A stretch of 64,000 nucleotides of DNA from Hydrolagus colliei (taxonomy: Eukaryota). The notes under the pieces are model-generated. The model did no database searches and was not told the DNA's origin. It was given only the letters and a program-made list of their open reading frames with translations. The stretch is from positions 57,040,001 to 57,104,000 of the forward strand of contig CM068745.1 of assembly GCA_035084275.1 (NCBI GenBank), written 5' to 3'. The stretch's first letter is position 1. Every line of letters starts with the position of its first letter. A program made the position numbers and the translations under genes. Shown here one piece after another: positions 12,672 to 25,960 of the stretch.

Positions 12672-15600
12672 AAATTTAGAACAAATCTATGCAGTGAGCA
12701 TACAGTAAACCTGTGGAGCAGGTTCTCTAGGGAGACAGTTGAAGCAAAAAATGTTCATTCTTTGAAACACAGAATAGATCATTTTCTTTTAAGAAATAAA
12801 ATTATGAGATATAGTACAAAGGTAGTTCGGGGTATATGTGCATGCAACCACCAGGAAGGTGGAAGGCTAACTGGATGGATCTTGGGGGTGAGGGTGGGTT
12901 TGTCTAGCATTTCTTAATGTTCTTATTACATTTTGTAGTAAATCCTATGAAGAGGTTTGAGACATGCTCTCAAAGTGAAATGTAGGATTATTATTTATTA
13001 TTATTAATACATCTCCTTCTCCTGCTCTACGAGAATATAATAGATAATGACTGTTCCATCCATGCTCTCCAAAACCCAAATTCTGTACTCTGAAATCTCT
13101 CCTAGCGTGATTATTATGAACTGTTCGCTAGCTGTAACAAATCTTTAGTTATGTGCTTGTATGAGAAATCCTATTATATATGTACCATGTTAAGTGCCTG
13201 CATCTGTTCAGCAGTACACGATAATCTCCTAGTCTCAATTCATTGGCTTCATTCTTTTTACTTAAGTATACACTTTTGATGTGTCTCCTTAGCTCAGGAC
13301 ATTCGCATAGATTTCTCTTTAAGAACTTCAACAAACTCAATTGACTTTTTAAAAAAAGGCAATTTACTTTGTGTTGTGAGAGAAACCATTTCAGAAGCTT
13401 GACTAAATATTTATTTAGCAAAACCATTTGACAGACTGCTTCTGCTTGTACGGGAGGGTCACCATTTTGCTCAAATTAGTAAACAAAGGAATTTGGGGCC
13501 TATTTATATTTGAACCCTGCATGTTGAGATTGGTAAATGATATTGCACAGGGTTTGCCTGACATGTTATATAACATTCAAATTGATGAAAGTTTGCTTGT
13601 TACTAAAAGTAGTTCTGATTTACGATATACTCTGAATCCCATGATGAGATACTTCTCTTGTAGTCACTGTCACGCACCGATTATTTTCTATTTATTCAGG
13701 GAAAATAAAAATGATGTTTTAAATGCATGACTGAATTGAATGCATCATAGCCAACCACAATAAGATATGAGGAATTGCTCTGCTTATGTTGCTAACCATA
13801 ATTCACTTGTGACTTTGTTACTCAGGAGTTATCCTGTCAGTTTCATTTGTGGAGATGTTTATCAAATGTGATAAGCAGCCCTCCATAGTTTGTGGAAATA
13901 GAGTGTTTATACTTTTTGTGATTTTCTTTTTATCCAACCACATATTTGAATCTATATTTTCAAATTTATATTGATAAATATCCACTTATATTAATACCAT
14001 TTCTAATGGGGTCACAAACGCAGCCTGTGAAGTGTTAATTAACATTGGTAATAATGATCACTGGTGCTAATCATTGTGTTATTCCAAGTTATGTCCTGTT
14101 AGTGCCTTAATTTATTGACTGCTCTGTTGATGTGATCCCCACCATTACAGTCACATTGCTCAGGCAATACATCAGTCCATGGTCCTTGTTGTACTTGTCA
14201 GTCAAGGATCGTGGCATTGAAGTGGCAGTTATGGGAATATCAATTCAATTAAAAAAAACTTTAGAGTTACTTTTCAGATATTACTAACTAGCACTTCAAT
14301 TTGCAAGCCAGAAAATCCAATGGTAGCTAAATTTTGTGATCGGGTGAGTAATGGGTGGGTGGGTCAGCGTGTCCACCAGAGAGCAGTTTTTATAATACAT
14401 TGACAAGGCATAATTTTCAACAATGTCATAATCATCACCAGTTAATTAACACATCACAGGTTATGATGTTCACCCCAATGTATAATTAAAAATGTGAATA
14501 ATGATTTTACTGATAGGTTTGAGAGGCACACATGTGCCATTTCAGCATGGGACAGCAACTACCTATTGCATTTTCTTACATGAAAAAAATCTATTCTATC
14601 AAACCATACAGAGATGAGGTATCCTCACTGGCTTACTGCTGTTTGACAAACCTTTTAATTACAAGTGGTTTCAGAAGTTGGTCAAATATTGACTAATTTA
14701 CAGACAGAAATAATTGGATATCCAAAGGGTAAGCTCAGAGCATCTCTGTGGAATTCAAATCAGAAACAGTAGATTGAGCAAATCCAGATTCAATCTGCTT
14801 GATCTATTTAGATTTGGACAAGATCTGCTAAAGTCAGGATATATGGGGTCAATTTTCAGAAGATGCAGAAATGCCTGAAATGTTTCATTTGGTTTTAGAT
14901 AGTATTTGAGGCAGATTTCTATATGTGATGAATTTTTGGTCTATATTCCTGACAGCTTCTAAGCCTTAAGACAAAAATAATTCTCACTTTATTTCTAGAG
15001 ATGGGTCCACATGATTTACTCTTGTCTCCAAAAGCAATTTTTTTGTCAAATCGTAACCATGAGGGAAAATAGTTTAAGATTATATTAGCTTTTTAAACCA
15101 ATCACAGGCATAAGTTGACTACAAAAGACTTCTAAACAGGTATGAGGGACTTTTAAACATCATCTTTGATACATTAGATGTTCTCATTCAATTGATCTAT
15201 TGCATCTATTCAATTCTGTCTGATTTGTATTTTCTCATTATAAAAACAAATTGTCAAAGTTGGTACCAAGGGAAATATAACTAAGTTATGATTTTGTCAG
15301 CAATCCTTATACAGTATAAGTGTAATCACACAGCTCACAGAATGTATGTTTTATAACTGAATACATGTACTTTGTACCATAAGAGAATGCTGTTCATTTT
15401 CTGTATTGTATAACAATAATAGTAATAATGCTTGCATTTGATACGTTGTCTTATTATGCTGTTGAGATGTCTCAAAGTAGTTTCATGGAATATAATGTAA
15501 ATCACGTAATGTAAATAATGTTTCGCCCAATACATTGTCCCAGTGTCCCACAAACAGTCAAGGAGTGTTTTTTTTTATTTGGGTGATTCTTGGCAAGGGT

Positions 15601-17415
15601 ACTGGAAAAAAAATATTTTCTCTTTTCAAATAATCCCAAGGGATTTCTATCGTCCACTTGAACAAGAAAGTGGAACCTCTGTTTCAAATATCATCCAAAG
15701 TAATACACTGATAAAAACAATAATAAATTGGTCACTTCAATCCAGAAAGGACAGTGCCCAGGTTCCTGACTGACTTGTAGTGTGCATCCTCAGATGCAGA
15801 TGCTGTCAAAGCCTGAGGTGCAGAGTTGCTGGTGCCAGCCAATCAGGAGGGCCTCAGTATTGCTGACGTTCAGCTGCAGAAAGTTGTCTCTCATCCAGGA
15901 CTTGATCCCTGACAACAGTTGTCCTGAAATCAAGGGTGGAGGCAGACATAGAGTTGGGTATTATCCGCGTATGCATAGAAATTGACCCATGATGTCACCA
16001 ACGGGAAGCATTTAGATGTTGGAAAGGAGAGGGCCAAGGACATGGCCCTGGGATATGCCACACAGGATGATGGCTGAAAGAGAAACCATTAGCGGAGACA
16101 AATTGGAGATGGTGTGAAACATAAGACCTGAACCAGTCAAGGATAGAACAACAACAACAAGAAAATTACACTTATATAGCACCTTTCTCAAGGCCTTTCC
16201 CAAGGGATGGGGTCAACAGCAACAAAATTAAACAAAAAATACTACAGATGCTGGAAATCTGAAACAAAAACAGAAGTTGCTGGGAAAACTCGGCAGGTCA
16301 GGCAGTATCCATGGAGAAAGGAAAGTGAGTCAACGTTTCGGATCCATGACCCTTCGTCAGAACTGGAAAGTGGAACCTCTGTTTCAGCAACAAAATTACA
16401 TTTATATAGCGCCTTTCACATCGGGAGGATGCCCCAAGGCACTGGAAGGGAACCAGATGGTGTGATGCATTGTCAATATGATGGTGATGAGGGAGGAGTG
16501 GGAGACAGGTTTGAAAATGTGGAAGGAGGAATGGGTAGACGGTCGAAGGTGGGGGTAGATGCGGAGGGATTGATGGTTGGGAGGGTAGAGGCAGCTGCAC
16601 GGATTCCCTCGATATTAGACTTGAGGAATCCAGCATCCAGTTTCGCTCACAAATATACAATCAATTTATTTTTACAATATATTCTGTGAAGCACTTTCAG
16701 ATGTATAGAATACACTTTCAGATGTATGTGAAAACAACTATATCAAATGCAAGGATTATTATTATTAATATAACAAGATTAGCAATGCTGAGTAATTCAC
16801 ACCTAATAATAATCCCTAAAATAATACAATAATAAAATGGTCATTTCAATCCACGACTGTTTGTGGGTACTGCTGTGCACAATTGGCTGCCGCGTTTCGC
16901 TCAAAATTCACAGTCAATTCACAGTATATTCTGAATATATTCTGTGAAGCGCATCTAGAAGATGTGAAAAATGCTATATCACATGCAAGGATTATTATTA
17001 TTATCCTATGAATGAACAAAATGGAATTTTAAAGGTGAATTTTCAGAATCAAATCACAAGATCACAAAAGAAGCGCAGATGAAGATATAGCTCTCTGGCC
17101 CTCTGTCTCTCTGTGTAATATATTGTTCTAACCCTATCATCTTCCAGTGAAAGCATTAAACTGCTTTCTAGATTAATCTAGGACATGGGAATTGTACTCA
17201 ACGGTATTTAGAGAGACAAAGAAGGAGATTTGAGACTTAGTGACAGATATTTTGAAGGAGTCAATTAACATTCAGGAGTTTGCAACAGACCGGATGGGAA
17301 CAAGGAAATATGGTTCCCATATTTCTTTAAAAAAGGTGACAGACCTAAATCTGAAAGCTGTAGATGGATTAGCTTGCCCTTTATGATTCAAAACGGAATG
17401 ACATAAATCACTAGA
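12672..17415 (+). repeat. 4,744-bp tandem duplication, copy 2
   Basis: Starts aaatttagaacaaatc, ends aaatcactaga, then unique sequence resumes. Confidence 0.97.
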
Positions 17416-17487
17416 AGCAAAATGGAGGAATGCCTGTAAGAAAGTGATCCAGAAGCCAACACTCTTTTGAAGGCCTTGATCTTACAT

Positions 17488-17642
17488 AGATTTTTTTTTT
17501 AATTGTGTCCCAGATTGAGTGGACATTTTTTGATTCAAAGATGTCAAATCTGTGATGAAGCAATACATAGGTTTTTTATAAATGTCCCAGATTGAGTGGA
17601 AATTTTTTGATTCAATTATGTCAAATTTGTGATGGAACAATA
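17488..17642 (+). repeat. Two-copy ~77-bp tandem repeat
   Basis: tgtcccagattgagtgga.attttttgattcaa at 17506 and 17583. Confidence 0.85.
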
Positions 17643-18791
17643 AAAAGGAAAAATGTTGAGACTTTTTATTTTTCACTCATTGGCAATACAGTAGACGAGT
17701 TTTCAAAATGGCCTTCAATCTTTCACAAGTAAAGCATTCAAGTACATTTGTTTAAATGAAAGTTTCCAATGTATTATGTGTCTTGTTTCCTCTCTTAGAA
17801 TGTCAAACAACTGAGTAAGTAGCACTGTATGAAAAATCATCCCATTCTATTACTCATTGCAGGAGAACTAAATGCATCAGAAGGTTGCTTAACCTGACCA
17901 AACAGTTTTTGTTCTCTTTGATGAATAACAATTGTAGAACTAAAGTTTGATTCTGGTTCTCTTCATAGAAGCAAAATATGAAGTGTTGAAAAATGCTATT
18001 GCAATAAAGATACTTCCTGGAAGTAGGTACAGTCATGGAAATAATGGTAATTATGTCTTTAGTACTATATACATTAATTATGATAGTCTTGTATCACATT
18101 CAGTGACAGGAAATAAGCTTTGAGAAAATTATAGTTCTAGCTTTTATGAATGACAGCTTTAATCTCCACTTTTTCGACTGAAATTGGCTTGTCAAACTAT
18201 TTTTTCTCAGCAAAGAACAAAGGCATTGGTTAACCTAAGAACTCTTGAAGCTCAATGATGATTATCAGTAATTTTCCTGAGCTTGAAATCTCAGAGAAAG
18301 TGAAGTTACGATTGTCCCCAGAAATTAAATCTTTTGTGTGTGTGTTTTGATGTTTTATTTATGTGCCATATGGAAATTTGCTTTGGAAGTTTACCTACTT
18401 CTTGGCATTTTGAATATCATATCAGTGGTCAGTCATGAGAATAATACTATCCAGAAAGGTTGAAATGAATGTCTAGAAATTATACTTGTCAGTTGGTGTT
18501 GTGATTCCTGTAAATATAGAAATAATAGATATGTGAATTGTAGTTTTCATCTTGTGTCAATCTTTGTTTCATGTTTCCCCCTGATTGAAGTTTTGTCTGT
18601 AGTGACTTTGTTAAATAAACAACAAAAAAAGAAGTGGAATGTCATTGCAGGTATACAAAACAGATTTTGGAGCATGAAGGATTATCCGGCTGAAAGAGAA
18701 AAAATGAATCAGAAAAGGAAAAGAAAACACATAAATAAAGGAAACATTTGCAAGAGAAAAGTTGTTTAGACATGCAAAAATATGGATATAT

Positions 18792-19497
18792 CAACAACAA
18801 CAACAACAAATTACACTTATAAAGCACCTTTCATGTCAGGTGGACGTCCCAAGGCGCTGCACAGGAGGCGTGTGACCCTAGCTGGGAGGGGAGTGTACGG
18901 GAAGGGGTGAAACAAGTAGAGTAGGTCGAAGAATTCGGGGTGGAACAAAAGGCACGGTCGAAGAGGAAAGTCTTCAAACCGGCCTTGAAAGAGGAAAGGG
19001 AAGAAACAAGACGGAGGGATTGGGGGATGGAATTCCATAGGGTCGGAGCAGAAAAACTGAAGGCCCGGCCTCCGATGGTGGGGCGGTTCGGGCGGGGGGC
19101 TTGGAGCAGGCCAAGTCCTACTGAACGGAGGGTCCGGGTGGGCTTGTAGGGGGAGAGTAAATTGGTTAAATAGGGTGGGGCAAGGCCATGTAAGGCCTTG
19201 AAGGTGAGGACGAGGATCTTGAACTCGATCCTCTGGAGGATGGGGAGCCAGTGGAGACGGGCGAGGGTGGGGGTTATATGGTCGCAGAGGCGGGTGCGGG
19301 ATAATACATGGGCTGCAGAGTTTTGGATGACCTGCAGCCTGTGAATGGAGGAACTGGGGAGGCCGACGAGGAGAGAGTTTCCGTAGTCCAGCCTTGTAGT
19401 GATATACGCGTGCACGAGTGTTTCGGCAGCGTGGGGGGTGAGATAATTGCGGAGCCTGGCAATGTTGCGCAGGTGGAAGTAGGCAGTGCCGGTCAGG
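18792..19497 (-). mobile_element. Young 5'-truncated L2 LINE
   Basis: [14 protein letters not shown]...LDYGNSLL...LHWLPI, very similar to 44590-45288; 3' stem-loop plus (GTT)n tail. Confidence 0.95.
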
Positions 19498-20372
19498 GTA
19501 AGAAAAGAATGAATAGAAAAGAAAAAAATCCTGGTATGAGAAAAAAACATTCAGCTCATGATGTTTGTTTCTTCCAACAGATTATAAGCAATTTATACAA
19601 TCATAGAGTCTGCCCATTTACTTAATCTCCTGAAGTGAATAACCGTAGGCAACAACATCTAAGAGTATAAAGTTCCATGAAATTTCTTCCTGAATCCCTA
19701 ATATAATCAAGCAAAGCTCCAGGATATCAATCTGATATTGCTATCTACATTATTCAACTCTCATCAGTTGCATTGTGCAGATATAACTTGCCTGATCCCA
19801 GCAGTGCATCCTATTCCATACAGCATACGAATATCCATTCCTATGCTTACTGTCATATGTTTTAATCCCATGTTTACACCTTGGAGCAATGCAGACAAAT
19901 TCACTCATCTGTAAACTGCTATACCTTGGGATCTGTTAACAAGTACTCCCCCATTTCCTTTCACAGATGCAAATATACCCCCAGAGGCTGACAAGTTGTC
20001 AATCTTTTAAAATTTCAATCATAACTTAGACTTAACTACATTGTTTCAATGTGGCAGTCCATTTTGTTGGTCTGCCACATTTCTGAACTCCCCTCACCAT
20101 TTTTTTTTACCATGCCTTCGATCTTCCTACCCCGCCCTATACCCTCCATCCCGCTTGATCCCAACCCCTACCTCAGATGAAAACTCTTAACTGTCCATTG
20201 TCTTGGAATATCCTTCTGACACGAAAGGCCCCGTATAAATGTAATTTGTTACTGTTGATCCATGTGTAAACACATCACCATAGTTAAGAGTGTCCAAACC
20301 AGACTGAGTGTTCTCCATCTTTATGCCACCTATAAGTGAAAATTTCCCTATATCTCAAATTGAATGCACACT

Positions 20373-21020
20373 ATCTCTCTGGAGGGATGCGTCATCTTAT
20401 CTAATTCTGGAGAGCATTAGGTGCAAGTTGGCAAAAACCAAGGGCTGTGGACCTCAGACTTTGCACTGGGGTACTGCTGGAATTTAATCGGCTGAAACCA
20501 CATAGTGTGCAATTGAAAGCACTGCCTGGCAAGTTTTCTGCTATTTGCTCAACTGAAACCAGACACCAAGTCATTGTATGTATTATACCTGTTTCTTGCT
20601 CAATGTATTATTAAAACTAATGTGCCATTCATCAGCTAATATACTCCCTTTTTTTGTTATCTCACATCCAATATTAATTGTTGGCCTTTACCATTTTGCA
20701 GGTTGGCAAGACTGAAGACTTGGGGTCCCCAGACTGTGCGTAGGGGTACTGCTGGAATTAAACCAGCTAAAACTGCATAGGTTGCTATTGAGAACATTGT
20801 CTGGCAAGCTTCCCACTGCTTTTCCAACTAGAACCACATTACCCGTTTGTGCTTTGGCCTGCAGGGTTAACAGGAGCCAAGTGGGAAAAATCTCTTCTCC
20901 CAGTGAGTGGTCTGCCCTTCCAAGTCCTGGTATTGAGCCAGACTGGAGTGTCTATCATCAGCAGGGTCCTGAAACACTGCGTACTTGCCTGGCTCACAAA
21001 TCGGAGTACCGAGACAGCCA
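20373..21020 (+). repeat. Old unclassified repeat, two tandem partial copies (20373-20560 and 20700-21020)
   Basis: ggggtactgctggaatt..ctggcaag block repeated; homologous to 1320, 39030 and 60950. Confidence 0.65.
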
Positions 21021-23259
21021 CAGAGGATTCATTCGATTCTAACATTCCATTGAAATATATTCCATTGAATGAATTGAAGCACGTCACCTTGGAGCCAGTT
21101 CTTTGTGATAGTACCAACCATTTATGTTGAATTTAAATAATTTGTTTTGACTTCTAGCTACACTTCCTCAAGATGCATTCCAATACACAATTAGCTTTGC
21201 TCATACTAACTACTCGCACAGATTCCTTTCCATCAATGGGACATAATCAAATCATCTGCTTTTCCTTTTCCACAGGTATTGTCACTCACTAATAGGCACC
21301 AATTCATTGTGTATTGTGTACCAGTTTCTTGATCCAATACATATTTTCTGTATTTATCCACAATTAAAATCAATGTGCCCATCTATTAGCTAGCACACTC
21401 CATTGTCCTATTATCTTTCTTATTATATTAATCGTGTGGTCATAATTTTGTTGTTACAATATTTGCCATTTTTTATAATTGCTATTATAAATCTCCATTC
21501 CATTTAAACAAGGTGAACAACAGTGGCACAGAGCAAAACTCTCATTATGACTGAACATAGCTCTATGCCCTCTTTGGTATAGGGCTGTATTCAACCATAA
21601 TGCTCAGAGCTTGTTAAAAATCTTTGCTCTTCTAATAGGAGATTTATTTCTGTTTGTATTCAAGGTAATAATCCTCAACATGCAGTGATTAAGCTGCCAT
21701 GGCTGTTCTACCCTCTTCGCTTTGTGGAAATACAGGTGGATGATTGTAAACCTCACCTTTCCAATCCACTAGAAAGATTTAAAAAAACTCCCACTTCACA
21801 TACTTCCTCTCCTTTTGTTACTGACTTGCTGCATCATTATCTACGCACTCAATTATTTCTCTTATATCTGTGTGGATTTAATTGTAGCATTAACTGTCTA
21901 CCTCTTCTGTGCTCTTGTCCTAAATACCTTAAACAAAGCATGTGACTTGTAACCTGATATCATTGTCCTGAATTATCTCATCCCTTTTAGAAATAATTCA
22001 AACACAATTACAATATTTTTCTTAATTTTATAGATTTTAATTAATCATGTAAGTTCCTCAGACCACCATGTTTGCATTTCCACTATGAGAAATTAACAAT
22101 ATCATTTGTTAGTCTGCTTCTATCCACTTGTGCTGAGGTGTTGTTTCAATCTCTGTTAAACTGAGATAACAGAGGATGTGTCCTTTATTTTCCAAGTGTA
22201 TTATCCTACTTAATTCTTGCCCTAATCAGAAGCTACCCAGACATTTGAGGAAGACTTCAGGAAGAAATTTCCGACATATGAAATTTCCTTCATGCACATT
22301 ATTTTGAATTAACCCTTAAACCGCTAGTAGGTAGTGCAGAATTCCAGTTTTCACTGTCTGGTCAAATTTCTTATGTTTTCAGTTGATACACAATGAATCT
22401 AAATCAGTAATTTTACAGTTATAATGTTTCTTAAATGTCAGGAACAGCTTTAATATTCCAGTGTCAACCGGCTGACTCACAATCTTAGTTTTTCAAATAT
22501 TCTCACTTTTTTCACATTCTCTATTCTAATTTTATATTGAATTTTATATTTTCTACCTACGGTTCAAACCACATCCTGCCTGATAGGATGAAACTGCCCA
22601 CTGACTGTAATGGCCTTTTGTGAAATGAATTTGGGCAGTTTGAAGCCCGTTTCTGTTAAATATGTAATATGTTAAATATGTAATCCACAGAATAAATACG
22701 GCCACAATTAATCACAGATTGACATAAATGTTGCATTTATACTTTTGGGAATTAAGTGAGGTGTAGACATGAAGTTTGATAACATTTGCTGATCTACATT
22801 GCCTTAAGTTAGGGGCAAAAAAGTGGACATAATTCATTAATGATATTAAAAGGCTGGTCTGGCAATTGGTTCTTGAGCAACAACACACACTCTATTTAAT
22901 GTTCCAAGGCATCCTGAGAGCATTGGATGGCTCACAGCAAAGTGAACCCCATGGGATTCACACCTTGCAGGATTATACTGCATGGGAATGAATTGCACAG
23001 CTTGTGGACTCACCTCTTCCAAGTGGTGTCAGGACCCAGCTGATTTGTGATGCCTCATCGCTCGTTTCAACTGCGCAGCAATTTGTCAGCAAACGTATGT
23101 ACAAATGCAGTAGAAGTTGGTGATCTAAGTGGAGGGTAATATACATCCTTGTAACAGGAAGTCGTGAACAGCAAACATCTGCCAGAAACTGTGTAGGTAA
23201 CCTGTGGGAACCCTACTTCCACATTCTTGGAAGTAAATCACTCAGGAGCTCAAGTAGTA

Positions 23260-23575
23260 TTATAATAATAAACCTTGCATTTTATATAGAATCTTATCAA
23301 TTTGTTAGGTCATCTCAAAGCATTTCACAGGATTTATTGTAAAGTAGATTGACTGTATATTTTAGTGGATGAATGTGGCAGTCAATTTTGCACAGCAATG
23401 TTCCACAAAGATATGGATTCAATGCTGATGGAATTATTACCTACAGAAAACAATCTGCCAATGGACAGAGTGGTGTGAAGGAAGGAAACTTATTTAATGT
23501 TTTGCCCCATCGCAGAATCAAACCCAGCACCACTCTTGTGGGGTGAGCACACTAACCACTATGCTACGGGACTCC
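23260..23575 (-). mobile_element. Diverged tRNA-headed SINE
   Basis: Minus-strand head ggagtcccgtagcatagtggttag, B-box-like gggtttgatt, and an L2-like tail. Confidence 0.65.
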
Positions 23576-24960
23576 ATATTGCCATATTTTAGCAGGATTT
23601 ACATTCAGTTACTGACAAAAGCTTTCATTTGTTGTTTCCACTCATAAATAATTTTGTTAATTTAAATTTTTATGATTGATCATTAACATATCCCTCGGAT
23701 TTATAGACCTGGGCAATAAGAAAAGATGACTCCTTAACCTGAAATCAGTTTACTTGCTTGCTTGGTTGCTTGATTGATTGAAACATTATCAACCTGTCTG
23801 CTCCTTCCACTTGGAGCCACCATCAACAATTGGGCCTTTATCCAAGCTTACCCCAACTTCTGGAACTCCATCCTCGAGCTCCTCCACTTCATCCACTCCC
23901 TTGCCTCCTTCAAGGCCCTTCTCAAGCTTCCTCTTCGACATTTGGTTATCTTTTCACCACCACACTTCCATTCATCCATCTCTCTTGATTCCAACCCCCT
24001 GCTTGGATGCAAATCCTTTACTGTCCAGCATCTAGGGATATCCTCCCAGCAGGAAAAGCACTATATAAGTGCAATTTGTTGTTCTTGTATCCAATTTCGT
24101 ATGACTGTAATTATATCAAAAAAAGAAACACTTTCCCATTCTCTCTTTCCTGGACTTTTGTTCTATTTGTCTTACTTTCATGCTTTATAAGACCTGTTTG
24201 GCCTAGATTCGCCTTTCACTTGTGTCCCTCTTGAGTTTGAGTAGTGAAGCTTCAGCACCACCAGTCTGTCTAACACTTCATCAGTCTGCAAATGATCTGA
24301 TCCAGGGCAAAGAAAATAGGTTCATTTTTTTCACTTTCTCACATATTGTTTCTGACACTGAAGATTGTCAGATGTAATTGTTGCTTCAGCGCATATACCG
24401 CAGGGCAGTTAACTCAAGAGAAGAATCCCACTGATATTCTGTTTTCTCTCCTTTCTGTGAAGATATTGAATCCTTTTATTTTCAGAGTCCCCTGGTGTCT
24501 CAGGCCACACACTGACAAGACAAGAGGCTGGGGAGCTAACCTGCTCCCAGGCCTCTGCCAATCTTGACGTACAATAGTTGCCAGAAGATGTGCAAAAGCA
24601 GCCCAAGGCTGAATATTCCCTCCGATTTTATTTATCTCTTGTTAAGAGACACGACCCCAGTTTAATGCCTCTTCACAGCTGGGCATCTGAAAATGTGGTG
24701 TAAAGGATTAAACTTATGTTGCATTGCTCTGCTGTGTCCTGGAGTCTTGATGTTTTCATATGCTATGCCTCTCTGCAATCCTCCTTGCTTTTGTCGATTA
24801 TCATAATAAACGTGGTATTTATTTGGGATAATGTGGCATTTGGTATTTGCTCAGGAAATAAACAATTATGGTTGAGCTAAATGGCAGCAATGGAATCAAG
24901 GGGTCAGATGGAGATCAGAATACTGCTGCACTCAACCTACCTGAGTGGTCATTAAATGGG

Positions 24961-25145
24961 AGCATCGAATACGCGCACACACCAGAATGCGAGCGCGCAC
25001 CTCCGAATGCGCGCGGGCCTTCAAATGTGCACGCGCCTCCAAATGCGTGCACATGCGCAGTATTAAAAAAACTGCAAATATTGATATATCGATATGAGCC
25101 CACCGATAAATTGATATCGGAAAATTTCTATATCGATGGACCCTA
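24961..25145 (-). mobile_element. One-ended fragment of the hAT family seen at 56753
   Basis: Reverse complement starts tagggtccatcgatatagaaattttccgat, matching the left end of the 56753 element; CpG-rich. Confidence 0.85.
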
Positions 25146-25291
25146 GTCTCAAGACTTTCCTCTTTGACTGTGCCTTCATTCATTCTTCCACCTGCTTTTT
25201 TGGATTCCAACCCTCAGTTTGGATGCAAATCCTTCAGTGTTCGGCACCATGCAATGTCATCTCAAACTGAAAGACATTATATAAATGCAAT

Positions 25292-25960
25292 AACAACAAT
25301 AACAAAATTGCACTCAGGAAGCGCCTTTCACGTCGGGAGGACGTCCTAAAGCGCTGAACTGTCAGGTTGGGACCCGGGGATGGGTGGGGGATGGGGGGGG
25401 GCGGGGGAATGGGAAGGAGAGTGGGAGAAGGGAAGAGTTAGTGGGCAGCCAAAGGCGCGATCGAAGAGGAAGGCCTTGAGACCAGCCTTCAAAGAGGAAA
25501 GGGAGGAAACAAGGCAGAGGGATGCAGTTCCACAGAGTGGGAGTAGAGAGGCTGAAAGCTCAGCCGCCGATAGTTGGGCGGTTAGGGCGGCGGACGCGGA
25601 GCAGGCCTGAGTCTGCTGAACGGAGGGCATGGGCAGGCTGACAGGGAGACAGCAGGTCAGAGAGATAGGCGGGGGCAAGGCCGTGAATGGCCTTGAAAGT
25701 GAGGACAATGATCTTGAATTTGATCCTCTGGGTGGCGGGGAGCCAGTGGAGATGGGTGAGGATGGGAGTGATGTGGTCGTAAAGCCTGGTACGGGAGAAT
25801 ACATGAGCTGCAGAATTCTGAATAATCTGCAGCCTGTGAAGGGAGGAGCTGGGGAGGCTGACGAGGAGAGAGTTCCTGTCGAGCTTGGAAGTGATAAAGG
25901 TGTGGATGAGAGTTTTGGCGGCATGGGGGGGTGAGGTAGTGGCAGAGTCTGGCAATATTG
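25292..25960 (-). mobile_element. 5'-truncated L2 LINE
   Basis: LQIIQNSAAHV..LHWLP..FKIIVLTFKA; 3' stem-loop and tail. Confidence 0.92.

Noticed and set aside
17488-17642. CRISPR-like repeat
   Set aside because: Only two adjacent units with no unique spacers, in a eukaryotic context
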